DNA of 64,000 nt, taken from Candidatus Palauibacter ramosifaciens (GTDB lineage Bacteria; Gemmatimonadota; Gemmatimonadetes; Palauibacterales; Palauibacteraceae). A program made the position numbers and the translations under genes. How positions within the stretch are numbered: the first letter of the stretch is position 1; every line of letters starts with the position of its first letter. Below are positions 8,247 through 17,497 of the stretch, one piece after another. Location of the stretch: the NCBI GenBank assembly GCA_009845855.1, contig VXYT01000034.1, positions 64,820-128,819 of the forward strand, given 5' to 3'. The notes beneath the pieces were generated by a model. It saw only the letters and a list, made by a program, of their open reading frames with translations, was not told the origin of the DNA and ran no database searches.

Positions 8247-9446
8247 ATGACGTCGAACGTGAACCGGGGCCTCGAGCACCGCCTCGTCTCCGAACTCGGG
8301 GAGATGAGGGAGAACGGGGTTCACAAGGAACTGCTGCACATCATGGGGCGGCAGGCTCCCGTCGTGGACATCGATGGCCTGGGCGAGACCATCAACATGT
8401 GCTCGAACAACTACCTGGGCCTGTGCGACGAACCCTCGGTGATGAAGGCGGTGAAGGACGGGGTGGACGAGTACGGCGCGGGGACCTCCTCGGTGCGCTT
8501 CATCTGCGGGACGTTCGACATCCACCGCGAACTCGAGGCGAAGATCGCGGACTTCCTCGAGACGCCGGCCTCCCTCACCTACACCTCCGCGTGGAACGCG
8601 AACGAGGGCCTCTTCGCGCCGCTCCTGGGCGCGGATGACGCCCTGATCTCGGACCGGCTCAACCACGCCTGCATCATCGACGGGATCCGGCTCTGCAAGG
8701 CGCGCCGCTTCATCTACGACCACATGGACATGGGCTCGCTGCGCGAGGCCCTCGAGGCGAGCCGCGACGCGCGCCACCGGCTCGTCATCACGGACGGCAT
8801 CTTCTCGATGGAAGGAGAGATCGCGCCGCTCCCGGAGATCCGGGAACTGTGCGACCGCTACGACGCGATCATGGCCGTGGACGACTCGCACTCGACGGGG
8901 GTGCTGGGCGACACGGGACGCGGGACGCCCGAGCACTTCGGGATGCACGGCGAGGTCGACATCGTCACGTCGACGCTCGGGAAGGCGCTCGGGGGCATGG
9001 CGGGCGGCTTCACGGCCAGCTCCGAAGCCGTCATCGACTATCTCGTCCAGGCGTCGCGCACCCAGTTGTTCACCAACGCCCTGCCCTGCCATTCGGCGGC
9101 CGGGGCCATGGCCGCGATCGAGCACCTGGAGGCGCACCCGGAACTCGTGGCCCGGCTCCGCGACAACACGGAGTATTATCGCGAGGGGCTGATCGAACTC
9201 GGATACAAGCCGATTCCCGGCGGCACGCCCATCGTCCCCGTCATCGTCGGAAGGACGGCGGATGCGATCGGGCTCAGCCGGGAACTGCTGCGCGAGGGCG
9301 TCTTCGTCATCGGCTTCGGGTATCCCGTCGTCCCGCGCGGCGAGGCCCGCATCCGCTGTCAGCTTTCGGCCGCGCACGAGCGCGAACACATCGACGCCGC
9401 CCTCGCCGCCCTGAAGAAGGTGGGCGAGCGGCTCCACCTGATCTGA
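8247..9446 (+). CDS. kbl: Glycine C-acetyltransferase (2-amino-3-ketobutyrate CoA ligase)
   Basis: ATG at 8247 after GAGGAG; SNNYLGL, SVRFICGT, LNHACIIDG, DDSH, STLGKALGG (PLP Lys). Confidence 0.95.
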   Translation: MTSNVNRGLEHRLVSELGEMRENGVHKELLHIMGRQAPVVDIDGLGETINMCSNNYLGLCDEPSVMKAVKDGVDEYGAGTSSVRFICGTFDIHRELEAKIADFLETPASLTYTSAWNANEGLFAPLLGADDALISDRLNHACIIDGIRLCKARRFIYDHMDMGSLREALEASRDARHRLVITDGIFSMEGEIAPLPEIRELCDRYDAIMAVDDSHSTGVLGDTGRGTPEHFGMHGEVDIVTSTLGKALGGMAGGFTASSEAVIDYLVQASRTQLFTNALPCHSAAGAMAAIEHLEAHPELVARLRDNTEYYREGLIELGYKPIPGGTPIVPVIVGRTADAIGLSRELLREGVFVIGFGYPVVPRGEARIRCQLSAAHEREHIDAALAALKKVGERLHLI

Positions 9447-9473
9447 CGCCCTTGGCGCCAGGGAGACTGCGGC

Positions 9474-9531
9474 GAGCATGGGAATCGTGACGGAGCATGA
9501 AATCGTGACGGAGCATGAATCGTGACGGAGC
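9474..9531 (+). repeat. Three tandem copies of GAGCATG(G/A)nAATCGTGACG (19, 18, 17 nt) before rpe
   Basis: Read directly: 9474-9492, 9493-9510, 9511-9527, then a partial GAGC. Confidence 0.9.
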
Positions 9532-10226
9532 GCGGACTGAATCGGGAGCTGCCCGGGGGGATGGTCATCGCCCCGTCCATCCTCGCCGCCGACTACGCGC
9601 GGCTGGGGGCGGAGGTGGCCGAGGCGGAGGCCGCGGGCGCGGAGTGGTTCCAGCTCGACGTCATGGACGGGCACTTCGTCCCCAACCTCACGATCGGGCT
9701 GCCGGTGCTGGAGTCGTTGCGCGCGGTGTCCGACTCGTTCCTCGACGTCCACCTGATGATCGACAACCCCGGGGAGTTCCTCGAGCCGTTCGCGGAGGCG
9801 GGGGCCGACATGCTCACGGTCCACCAGGAGGTGTCGGCCCACCTGCACGGCGACCTGCACCGGATCCGGGAGCTGGGCTGCCATGCCGGGGTCGCGCTCA
9901 ACCCGGCCACGCCCGCGGAGACGCTGTCGGAGGTCCTGTGCTACGTGGACCTCGTCCTCGTGATGACGGTGAACCCGGGGTTCGGAGGACAGAGGTTCAT
10001 CGCCGAGGCGGTGCCGAAGATCTCCACGGTGCTTCGGATGGCCGCGGACCGCGGGCTCGCTCCGCCGCTGATCCAGGTCGACGGAGGGATCGATCCCGCG
10101 TCCGCCCCGGTGTGCGCCGCGGCGGGGGCGTCGGTGTTCGTGGCCGGTTCCTCGGTCTTCCGGTGGGCGCCCGGCATCGCCGCGAACATGGCCGCGCTGC
10201 GCGACGCGCTCGCGCCCTACGGCTGA
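9522..10226 (+). CDS. rpe: Ribulose-phosphate 3-epimerase
   Basis: APSILAAD, DVMDGHFVPN, DVHLMI, MTVNPGFGGQ, VDGG. Start may instead be ATG 9561. Confidence 0.95.
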   Translation: MTERGLNRELPGGMVIAPSILAADYARLGAEVAEAEAAGAEWFQLDVMDGHFVPNLTIGLPVLESLRAVSDSFLDVHLMIDNPGEFLEPFAEAGADMLTVHQEVSAHLHGDLHRIRELGCHAGVALNPATPAETLSEVLCYVDLVLVMTVNPGFGGQRFIAEAVPKISTVLRMAADRGLAPPLIQVDGGIDPASAPVCAAAGASVFVAGSSVFRWAPGIAANMAALRDALAPYG

Positions 10227-10233
10227 GGGCGGC

Positions 10234-11415
10234 ATGGACGGCGGCCTCTCCCGCGACGAACTCGTCCGCTACGGACGTCACGTCAGCATCCCCGAGGTGG
10301 GGGTGGAGGGCCAGCGGCGCCTGCTGGCTTCGAGCGTGCTCATCGTGGGCGCGGGGGGTCTCGGCTCTCCCGCCGCGCTCTACCTCGCCGCGGCGGGCGT
10401 GGGACGGATCGGCCTCGTGGACCACGACCGCGTGGAACTCTCGAACCTGCAGCGCCAGGTGCTCTACGACACGGACGCGGTCGGGACGCCGAAGCTCGCC
10501 TCGGCCCGCGCGCGGCTCGCGGGGCTGAACCCGGACGTCGCCGTCGAGACGTTCGACGCGCGCCTGGATTCGGGGAACGCGTTCGAGATCCTCGAGGGAT
10601 GGGATTTCGTCATCGACGGGAGCGACAACTTCCCGACCCGGTATCTCGTGAACGACGCCTGCGTGATGCTCGGGACGCCCCTCGCGTATGGGGCCATCCT
10701 CCGCTTCGAGGGTCAGGCCTCGGTGTTCGCCGCGCACGATGGCCCCTGCTATCGCTGCCTGTTCCGGGACCCGCCGCCGCCGGATCTGGTGCCGAATTGC
10801 GCGGAGGCCGGGGTGCTCGGCGTCCTTCCCGGCATCGTGGGATCGATCCAGGCGAACGAAGCGATCAAGTGGCTGGCGGGGATCGGCGACACGCTCGCCG
10901 GACGCCTGCTCCTCATCGACGCGCTGCGCATGGAGTTCCGCTCGCTGGACATCGCCCGCGACCCCGAGTGCGTGGTGTGCGGCTCCGAGCCGACGGTGAC
11001 GGAACTCATCGACTACGAGCGCTTCTGCGGCGGGACGGCGGATGGCGCGTCCGCGGGCGACGGTAGCGCGGAAACGGAGGGCGCGATGGACGACTTCGAC
11101 ATCGACGTGCACGAGCTGAAGCGCCGGATCGACGCCGGCGAGCGCTTCCAGCTCGTTGACGTACGCGAAGACTACGAGTGGGCGATCTGCAACCTCGAGG
11201 ACGCGGGAGCGCGGCTGGTGCCGCTCGCCACGCTCCCGGAGGCCGTGGAGAGCCTGGACGCGTCGGAACCGCTCATCATCCACTGTCGTTCCGGCCCCCG
11301 CGGCGACCGCGCCGTCGAGTACCTGCGCACGGTCGGCTTCGACAACGCCGTGAACCTCGCGGGGGGGATCCTCGCGTGGGCCGAGGAGATCGATCCCGCG
11401 ATGCCCCAGTACTGA
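10234..11415 (+). CDS. moeB: MoeB/ThiF E1-like adenylyltransferase fused to a rhodanese domain (MoeZ type)
   Basis: GAGGLG, SNLQRQ, DGSDNFPTRY, CYRC...C..AGVLG, C..C, and C-terminal rhodanese HCRSG. Confidence 0.93.
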   Translation: MDGGLSRDELVRYGRHVSIPEVGVEGQRRLLASSVLIVGAGGLGSPAALYLAAAGVGRIGLVDHDRVELSNLQRQVLYDTDAVGTPKLASARARLAGLNPDVAVETFDARLDSGNAFEILEGWDFVIDGSDNFPTRYLVNDACVMLGTPLAYGAILRFEGQASVFAAHDGPCYRCLFRDPPPPDLVPNCAEAGVLGVLPGIVGSIQANEAIKWLAGIGDTLAGRLLLIDALRMEFRSLDIARDPECVVCGSEPTVTELIDYERFCGGTADGASAGDGSAETEGAMDDFDIDVHELKRRIDAGERFQLVDVREDYEWAICNLEDAGARLVPLATLPEAVESLDASEPLIIHCRSGPRGDRAVEYLRTVGFDNAVNLAGGILAWAEEIDPAMPQY

Positions 11416-11428
11416 TGCCGCGGTACTG

Positions 11429-12346
11429 ATGCGTATCGTCTCGCTCCTCGCCTCCGGCACCGAGATCGTCGACGCGCTCGGTCTCGGCGAGAGCCTCGTC
11501 GGCATCTCGCACGAGTGCGATCATCCGCCGCACCTGCTCGACCGTCCGCGCGTCAGCCGCCCCCGCTTCGACCCGGAGGGCCTCTCGAGCGGAGAGATCG
11601 ACGCCGCCGTGCGACAGGCGATGACCGAACACGGCAGCGTATACGAGGTCGACGCAGCCGTCCTCGAGAAGCTCGACCCGGACATCATCATCACCCAGGC
11701 CGTGTGCGACGTGTGCGCCGTGCCGACGGACGGCGTGCGGGAGGTGCTCGGGGCGCGCGGAATCGAGGCCGACGTGGTGTCGCTGGACGCGCACACGATC
11801 GAAGACATCCTCGCTTCGATCACGCAGGTGGCGCGCGCCGCCGGCCATCCGGATGTCGCCCCGGCTGCGGGGGGGTCGCTGCGGAGGCGACTCGACGCGG
11901 TGCGGGCGGCCGTGGGGGATGCGGACCCGCCGGGGGTGCTCGGGATCGAGTGGTTCGATCCGCCGTTCACGCCTGGCCACTGGGTGCCGGAGATGATCGA
12001 ACTCGCCGGAGGCCGCAACCTGGCCGGCGAGGCGGGGCAGCCTTCCCGGGAAGTGTCGTGGGATGAGATCAGAGGGCTCGATCCGGACGCGCTCCTCCTC
12101 ATGCCGTGCGGCTACGGCCTCGACGCGTCGCGCGCAGACGCGGACGCGCACGCTGAGCGCCTTGGAGAAGTGGCGCCGCGCGCGATCGCGGAGGTCCGCG
12201 CCTGGGTCGTCGACGCCTCCTCTTACTTCAACCGCTCGGGCCCCCGTTTCGTCACCGGCGTCGAGATCCTGGGTGGATTGTTGCACCCGGACCGCGTCCC
12301 CACCCCGGATGCGGAGGTCGCCGCCGTGTGGACGCCTCCGGCCTGA
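11429..12346 (+). CDS. BtuF-like (cobalamin/siderophore-binding fold) protein without a signal peptide
   Basis: MRIVSLL.S.TEI, VGISHECDHP, GHWVPEMI, YFNRSGPR motifs; the fold starts at Met1. Confidence 0.85.
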   Translation: MRIVSLLASGTEIVDALGLGESLVGISHECDHPPHLLDRPRVSRPRFDPEGLSSGEIDAAVRQAMTEHGSVYEVDAAVLEKLDPDIIITQAVCDVCAVPTDGVREVLGARGIEADVVSLDAHTIEDILASITQVARAAGHPDVAPAAGGSLRRRLDAVRAAVGDADPPGVLGIEWFDPPFTPGHWVPEMIELAGGRNLAGEAGQPSREVSWDEIRGLDPDALLLMPCGYGLDASRADADAHAERLGEVAPRAIAEVRAWVVDASSYFNRSGPRFVTGVEILGGLLHPDRVPTPDAEVAAVWTPPA

Positions 12347-12406
12347 TTGGTCCCCTCAGGTTTGCCCGGGGACCATCACGAACGGACGCGCCACCGTCCT
12401 CGGAGG

Positions 12407-14044
12407 TCAGTCGAAGTTGACCTGGCGCACCTCTTCGACTCCGTCGAGGTCCTCCAACTCGCGCAGCGTCGCCGCCGGCAGTTCCTCGTCGATCCTCACC
12501 ACGCCGAAGGACTGGCCACCGCCCTTTCGCCGCGCGAGGTGGTATTCCGCGATGTTCGCGTTTGCCTCGCCGAGCACCGTCCCCACGGCGCCGATCACGC
12601 CCGGCTGGTCGCGATTGCGGATGAGGAGACAGGTGCCGCGGGGCTCCGTCTCGATGCGGAAGGTACCGACCCGCACGATCCGCGGTTCCATCCGGGATCC
12701 CATGAGGGCCCCGCCCACGACCATGCCCCTCCCGCCTCTGCTCCTGCCCCTGCCCCTGGCTCTCCCCGAAGCCGCGGAGAGTTCGACGTAGTTCGTGTAG
12801 TCGCCCACGGCCTGCGTGCGTACCCGCACGATCTCCAGGCCCCGCTCCGCCGCGATCGAGAGGGCGTTCACGACGTTGAGCGGGGGATCGACGCGGCGTT
12901 CGAGGAAACCGACGGCCACGCTCGCCGCGAGGGGTCCGAGCACGCCGTCCCGGGGTCCTCCGTAGCGCACGTCTATCCGGCTCGGCGGTGCGTCCTCGAG
13001 TCCGGCGAGGAGGCGTCCCAGACGGTACCCGAGATCCATGATGGGTCCCGCCCCGTCGCGGTCCTCCGCCTCGAAGGGAGCGTTCAGCGCGGCGCTGTAG
13101 TCGCCGTCGACGAGCGCGTCGCGCACGGAGATGGCGATCTGCCGGGAGACCTGACGCTGGGCTTCATACGTGGACGCGCCCAGATGCGGGCTGAACACGA
13201 GTTGCGGGGCATCCCGCAGCGGGCTGTCGGCGGGGAGCGGTTCCGTCTCGAACACGTCGAGGCCGGCGGCTCCCAGATGGCCGCTGCCGAGCGCCTCCGC
13301 CAACGCCGCCTCGTCCACGAGTCCGCCCCGCGCCGCGTTCACCAGGATCGAGCCCTGGCGCATGGCCGCGAGCTCCTTGCGGCCGATGAACCCGCGGTTC
13401 TCCTCGGAGAGGGGAACGTGCAGCGTGATCGCGTGGCAGGCCGGGAGGAGTTCGTCCAGGCTTGCGAGTTCCACGCCCAGATCGCTCGCACGATCGGCGC
13501 TCACGAAGGGATCGTGGGCCACGACGCGCATCCCGAACGCCCGCGCCCGCCACACGACCTCCGCCCCGATCCGCCCGAGTCCGATCACGCCGAGCGTCTT
13601 CCCGCTCAACTGGATCCCGCGCAACTCCTTGCGCCTCCACTCTCCGGCGCGGATGCTCGCGTCCGCCTCCGTGATCCGGCGGGCCGCGGCGAGGAGCAGG
13701 GCGAAGGCGAGTTCGGCCGTGGACTGCGTGTTCGCCGCGGGCGCGTTGAGCACGGCGATTCCGCGACGCGTGGCGGCGGGGATGTCGATGTTGTCCACAC
13801 CCACGCCCGCGCGCCCCACGACCCTCAGCCGGTCGGCGGACTCGATGAGGTCGGGGGTCACCTTGGTGCGGGATCTCACGATGAGCGCCGATGCGCCTTC
13901 GAGCGCGCTGCGGAGCGCCTCGCGATCCGATTCCGTGTGATCCTCGACCGCGAGCCCGGGGGCGGCCCGCAGCGTCTCGATCCCGTCCGGGAGGAGGGGA
14001 TCCGCAAGGATGACGCGAAGGTCGCCGCCCTTCGACTCGCTCAC
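12407..14044 (-). CDS. serA: D-3-phosphoglycerate dehydrogenase (long form with ACT domain)
   Basis: RAGVGVDNID, GLGRIG, NAARGG, PHLGAST, and C-terminal NRDQPGVIG ACT domain. Confidence 0.93.
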   Translation of the reverse strand: MSESKGGDLRVILADPLLPDGIETLRAAPGLAVEDHTESDREALRSALEGASALIVRSRTKVTPDLIESADRLRVVGRAGVGVDNIDIPAATRRGIAVLNAPAANTQSTAELAFALLLAAARRITEADASIRAGEWRRKELRGIQLSGKTLGVIGLGRIGAEVVWRARAFGMRVVAHDPFVSADRASDLGVELASLDELLPACHAITLHVPLSEENRGFIGRKELAAMRQGSILVNAARGGLVDEAALAEALGSGHLGAAGLDVFETEPLPADSPLRDAPQLVFSPHLGASTYEAQRQVSRQIAISVRDALVDGDYSAALNAPFEAEDRDGAGPIMDLGYRLGRLLAGLEDAPPSRIDVRYGGPRDGVLGPLAASVAVGFLERRVDPPLNVVNALSIAAERGLEIVRVRTQAVGDYTNYVELSAASGRARGRGRSRGGRGMVVGGALMGSRMEPRIVRVGTFRIETEPRGTCLLIRNRDQPGVIGAVGTVLGEANANIAEYHLARRKGGGQSFGVVRIDEELPAATLRELEDLDGVEEVRQVNFD

Positions 14045-14054
14045 GGGATTCCGC

Positions 14055-15155
14055 TCACAGGACTTCGTCGAGGACGGCCAGTAGCGCTTCCAGTTCGTCG
14101 AGAGTGTGTTCGCCCATGTGTCCGATCCGGAACGACGACTGTTTCAGGGGCCCGTACCCCGCCGCCACCGTGTATCCGTGCGCCAACGCGCGGGAGACGA
14201 CCTCGGGGCCCGTCAGACCGTCCGGAAGCATGATGACCGTTACGCACGGCGAACGGTAGCCTTCCGGCGCGAGCACGCGCCACGGGCGGCCCGTGCGCGC
14301 GGCCGTCCGATCCACCCACTCGTACGTCCGGCGCGCCATCGCATCGTGCCGTTCCCAGCGCGCCTCCAGCCCTTCCTCCATCATCCGCTTCAACTGCCGA
14401 TCGAGAGCGAAGAAGAGCGAGACCGCCGGGGTGTTCGGCGTCTGCCAGCGCTCGAGGTTCTTCTCGAACTTGAGGATGTCAAAGTAGAAGCCGCGGTGTT
14501 CTACCTCCTTCGCGCGGGCGAGCGCCCTCTCGGACGCGACGGCCAGCGCGAGCCCCGGCGGCAGCGCCACCGCCTTCTGCGACCCGGTGAGGACGAAGTC
14601 CAGCCCCCACTCGTCGGTCTCGACCGGTGCTCCGGCCAGAGATGAGACCGTATCGACGGCGATCAGCACGTCGTCGAACTCGTGCACGACGGCGGCGAGC
14701 TCCTGCAGCGGATTGAGGACGCCGGTCGAACTCTCCGAGTGGACGACCGTCACGAGGTCGTACCGTCCGGGCGCCGCGGCGAGCGCGTCGCGCAGCCGCT
14801 CCGGCAGGTTCGGCTCGCCCCACTCCGCCTCGAGCGCGTCCGCGGGGCGCCCCGTCGCTTCGGCGATCGCGTGGAACCGCTTGCTGAACGACCCGTTCGT
14901 GAGGCAGAGGACGCGGCGGCGCGTGAGGTTCGTGATCGCCGCTTCCATCATGCCGGTGGCGGACGACGTCGACAGGTACACGGGCCGCGATGTCCGGAAG
15001 AGTCGCGACGCGGACGGCTGCATCGCTTCGATCAGGCCCGAGACCTCGGCGCTCCGGTGCCCGACGACGGGTCGCCGCATGGCGTCGAACAGGTCCGGAG
15101 GGACTTCGGTCGGGCCGGGCAGAAAGAAGCGGCCGAACGAAATTGGCGGGTTCAT
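14055..15155 (-). CDS. Class V PLP aminotransferase (alanine-glyoxylate / serine-pyruvate family)
   Basis: PGPT, SSATG.MEA, HSESSTG, VDTVSS, GSQKA (PLP Lys), FRIGHMG. Confidence 0.9.
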   Translation of the reverse strand: MNPPISFGRFFLPGPTEVPPDLFDAMRRPVVGHRSAEVSGLIEAMQPSASRLFRTSRPVYLSTSSATGMMEAAITNLTRRRVLCLTNGSFSKRFHAIAEATGRPADALEAEWGEPNLPERLRDALAAAPGRYDLVTVVHSESSTGVLNPLQELAAVVHEFDDVLIAVDTVSSLAGAPVETDEWGLDFVLTGSQKAVALPPGLALAVASERALARAKEVEHRGFYFDILKFEKNLERWQTPNTPAVSLFFALDRQLKRMMEEGLEARWERHDAMARRTYEWVDRTAARTGRPWRVLAPEGYRSPCVTVIMLPDGLTGPEVVSRALAHGYTVAAGYGPLKQSSFRIGHMGEHTLDELEALLAVLDEVL

Positions 15156-15277
15156 GGCGGGAGATGGTATCGCCCTCGGACCCCCGTGGCCAATCGATCG
15201 CCCGCGGTCGTCGCGCGGTCCGGTTGACGGGCCGTGGAGGCGGCAAGATTTTGCGCCCCGACCAGGGGGTTCTCCAC

Positions 15278-15541
15278 ATGCGATACGTCACGATCACCGA
15301 CCTGTCCCCGGAAGATGTCCTCGACCGCGCGAAGAGCTTCTTCGGGGAGCACTCCAGGCTTGAGGTTCACGAGGAGACCGACGCATCGGTCACCTTCGCC
15401 GGCGAGATCGGCCTCGCCCACTTCGCCGTCGACCGGGCCGGCGGCCACACGAACGTCCGCGTGGAGACGGACCGCGTGGTGGGCCTCGACGTGACCGACC
15501 TCGCGAAGCGTTTCCTCTACACTCTCCGCAACGTCCACTGA
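15278..15541 (+). CDS. Small hypothetical protein (87 aa)
   Basis: ATG at 15278 after AGGGGG; MRYVTITDLSPEDVLDRAKSFFG...; strong GC3 bias. Confidence 0.75.
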   Translation: MRYVTITDLSPEDVLDRAKSFFGEHSRLEVHEETDASVTFAGEIGLAHFAVDRAGGHTNVRVETDRVVGLDVTDLAKRFLYTLRNVH

Positions 15542-15543
15542 GA

Positions 15544-15861
15544 ATGACCGCTGAAACCGGCGCTGAAACCGTCACGGGGAGCCGCATGAACGCCATCACG
15601 GTGCGCCTCATCATGCCCGATCGCTGGCTCGAGCACGTGGCCGAACTTCCGGCCGACACGACCGTCGCCGACGCCAAGGCCTTCGGAATCCGCGCCATGC
15701 TCCAGCGCTCCTCGGACGACCCCGGCGACTTCTACACAGAGTTCACCGAGCGCCGCATCCGCGATGAGACGCGCACCCTCGCCGACGTGGGGATCGAGTC
15801 GCGCGGCGTCCTCTCCATCCGGGCCTACGACCTCGGCCACTATCCACCCTTCCGGGGCTAG
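15544..15861 (+). CDS. Ubiquitin-like beta-grasp (YukD/EsaB-like) protein ending in Gly
   Basis: ITVRL...ELPADTTVADAK...F.....I.DETRTLADVGI....VLSI pattern; C-terminus PPFRG. Start may be ATG 15586. Confidence 0.65.
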   Translation: MTAETGAETVTGSRMNAITVRLIMPDRWLEHVAELPADTTVADAKAFGIRAMLQRSSDDPGDFYTEFTERRIRDETRTLADVGIESRGVLSIRAYDLGHYPPFRG

Positions 15862-15876
15862 TGTTGGGACACCGGG

Positions 15877-17229
15877 CTAGCGGCTGAAGTAGCTTCGCGT
15901 TTCCCGCCATACGACGCCGGAGAGGAGCAGGAGTCCCACCAGGTTCGGCGCCGCCATGAGGCCGTTGAGGATGTCGGAGATGAGCCACACGATATCCAGT
16001 TCCACGACGGCGGCGAGCCCGACCACGATCACGAACACGAGACGATAGGGACGGATCACGCGCTCGCCGAACAGGTAGGCGAAGCTCCGTTCTCCGTAGT
16101 AGGACCACCCGAGCATCGTGCTGAAGGCGAAGGTCGCGAGGCCGAGCGCGACGACGATGTCCCCGGCGCCCGCGAGCAGGCTCGTGTCGAAGGCGAGTTG
16201 CGTCATGTTCGCGCCCTCGGCACCCGACTGCCACGCCCCCGTCGTGAGGATCGCGAGTCCCGTGAGGGTGCAGACGACGATGGTGTCGATGAACGTCTGT
16301 GTCATGGAGACGAGGGCCTGCCGCACCGGCTCGCGCGTCTGCGCCGCGGCGGCGGCGATCGCGCCCGTGCCCAGCCCGGATTCGTTCGAGAAGATCCCGC
16401 GCGCGACGCCGAACCGCATCGCCTGGAGGACGGTGTAGCCGAGGGCCCCGCCGGCCACCGCCTGCCCCCCGAACGCGTGCTCGAACACGAGTCGGAGGGC
16501 CGCGGGGATCTCCGCCGCGTTGGAGATGAGGACGATGGCGGCGACGCCCATGTAGAGGACGATCATCGCGGGCACGATGACGCTCGCCACCCGCCCGATG
16601 GACCGGATCCCCCCGACGATGACGAGGCCGACGGCCGCCGCCGTGACGGGTCCCATGACCCAGTGCGGCACGCGGAACGACTCGTTCATCGCGTCCGCCA
16701 CCGCCTGCGACTGGACGCCGTTGCCGATCCCGAAGGCCGCGAGGGTCGCGAAGAGCGCGAAGGCGATCGCGAGGCCCCGGCCGAGGGTGCCCCGTCCGAG
16801 ACCGTGCTCGAGGTAGTACATGGGGCCGCCCGCCTTCTCGCCCCGGGCATCCGTCTCCCGGTAGCGGACGCCGAGCACCGCCTCCGCATACTTCGTCGCC
16901 ATGCCGAGGAGTCCCGTCACCCACATCCAGAAGAGTGCGCCCGGGCCGCCCGCACCGATGGCCGTCGCGACGCCCACGATGTTCCCGGTGCCGACCGTTG
17001 CGGCCAGCGCGGTCATGAGCGCCTGGAAGTGCGAGATGTCGCCCTCGCCGCCCGGTTCGCGCCGCTTGACGAGCGCCAGCCAGAGGGCGTGCCCCAGCCG
17101 GCGGAACTGGAGACCGCGAAGCAGGAGCGTGTAGACGAGGCCGGTGGTGAGGAGGAGGAGGATGAGGGGGATGCCCCACACCCAGGACTGAATCGCCTCC
17201 AGCGGTCCGACTGCGGAAATTGCTGTCAC
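15877..17229 (-). CDS. Alanine/glycine:cation symporter (AlsT/AGCS family)
   Basis: [57 protein letters not shown]. Likely GTG start at 17229. Confidence 0.93.
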   Translation of the reverse strand: MTAISAVGPLEAIQSWVWGIPLILLLLTTGLVYTLLLRGLQFRRLGHALWLALVKRREPGGEGDISHFQALMTALAATVGTGNIVGVATAIGAGGPGALFWMWVTGLLGMATKYAEAVLGVRYRETDARGEKAGGPMYYLEHGLGRGTLGRGLAIAFALFATLAAFGIGNGVQSQAVADAMNESFRVPHWVMGPVTAAAVGLVIVGGIRSIGRVASVIVPAMIVLYMGVAAIVLISNAAEIPAALRLVFEHAFGGQAVAGGALGYTVLQAMRFGVARGIFSNESGLGTGAIAAAAAQTREPVRQALVSMTQTFIDTIVVCTLTGLAILTTGAWQSGAEGANMTQLAFDTSLLAGAGDIVVALGLATFAFSTMLGWSYYGERSFAYLFGERVIRPYRLVFVIVVGLAAVVELDIVWLISDILNGLMAAPNLVGLLLLSGVVWRETRSYFSR

Positions 17230-17497
17230 CTCGTACCGGAGGTCATCGGGGGAGAGCGCGCCGGACGGCCGCGCCGGGCGGCCATGGCGAGCGGAGCGTG
17301 ACGTTAGACGTGCGTCCGAGCCGCCGTCAACGTGACGGCCCCGGCACGGGGCTTCCGGCGGCGGGTCGCACTTTGGACGGACGGACGGCTTGCGTACCTT
17401 CCCTGCCGCTGGGCGAAGGCCCGCGCACGACCCCTTGTCCACTTCGTTTCCCGGGATCCCGCGCTTGAACCAGGACCAGTCGGAGCCCGCGGCGGGA

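Noticed and set aside
17230-17497. Glycine riboswitch upstream of the AlsT-family symporter
   Set aside because: The conserved GGAGA...CCGAAG...CTCTCAGG elements were not found on the minus strand.
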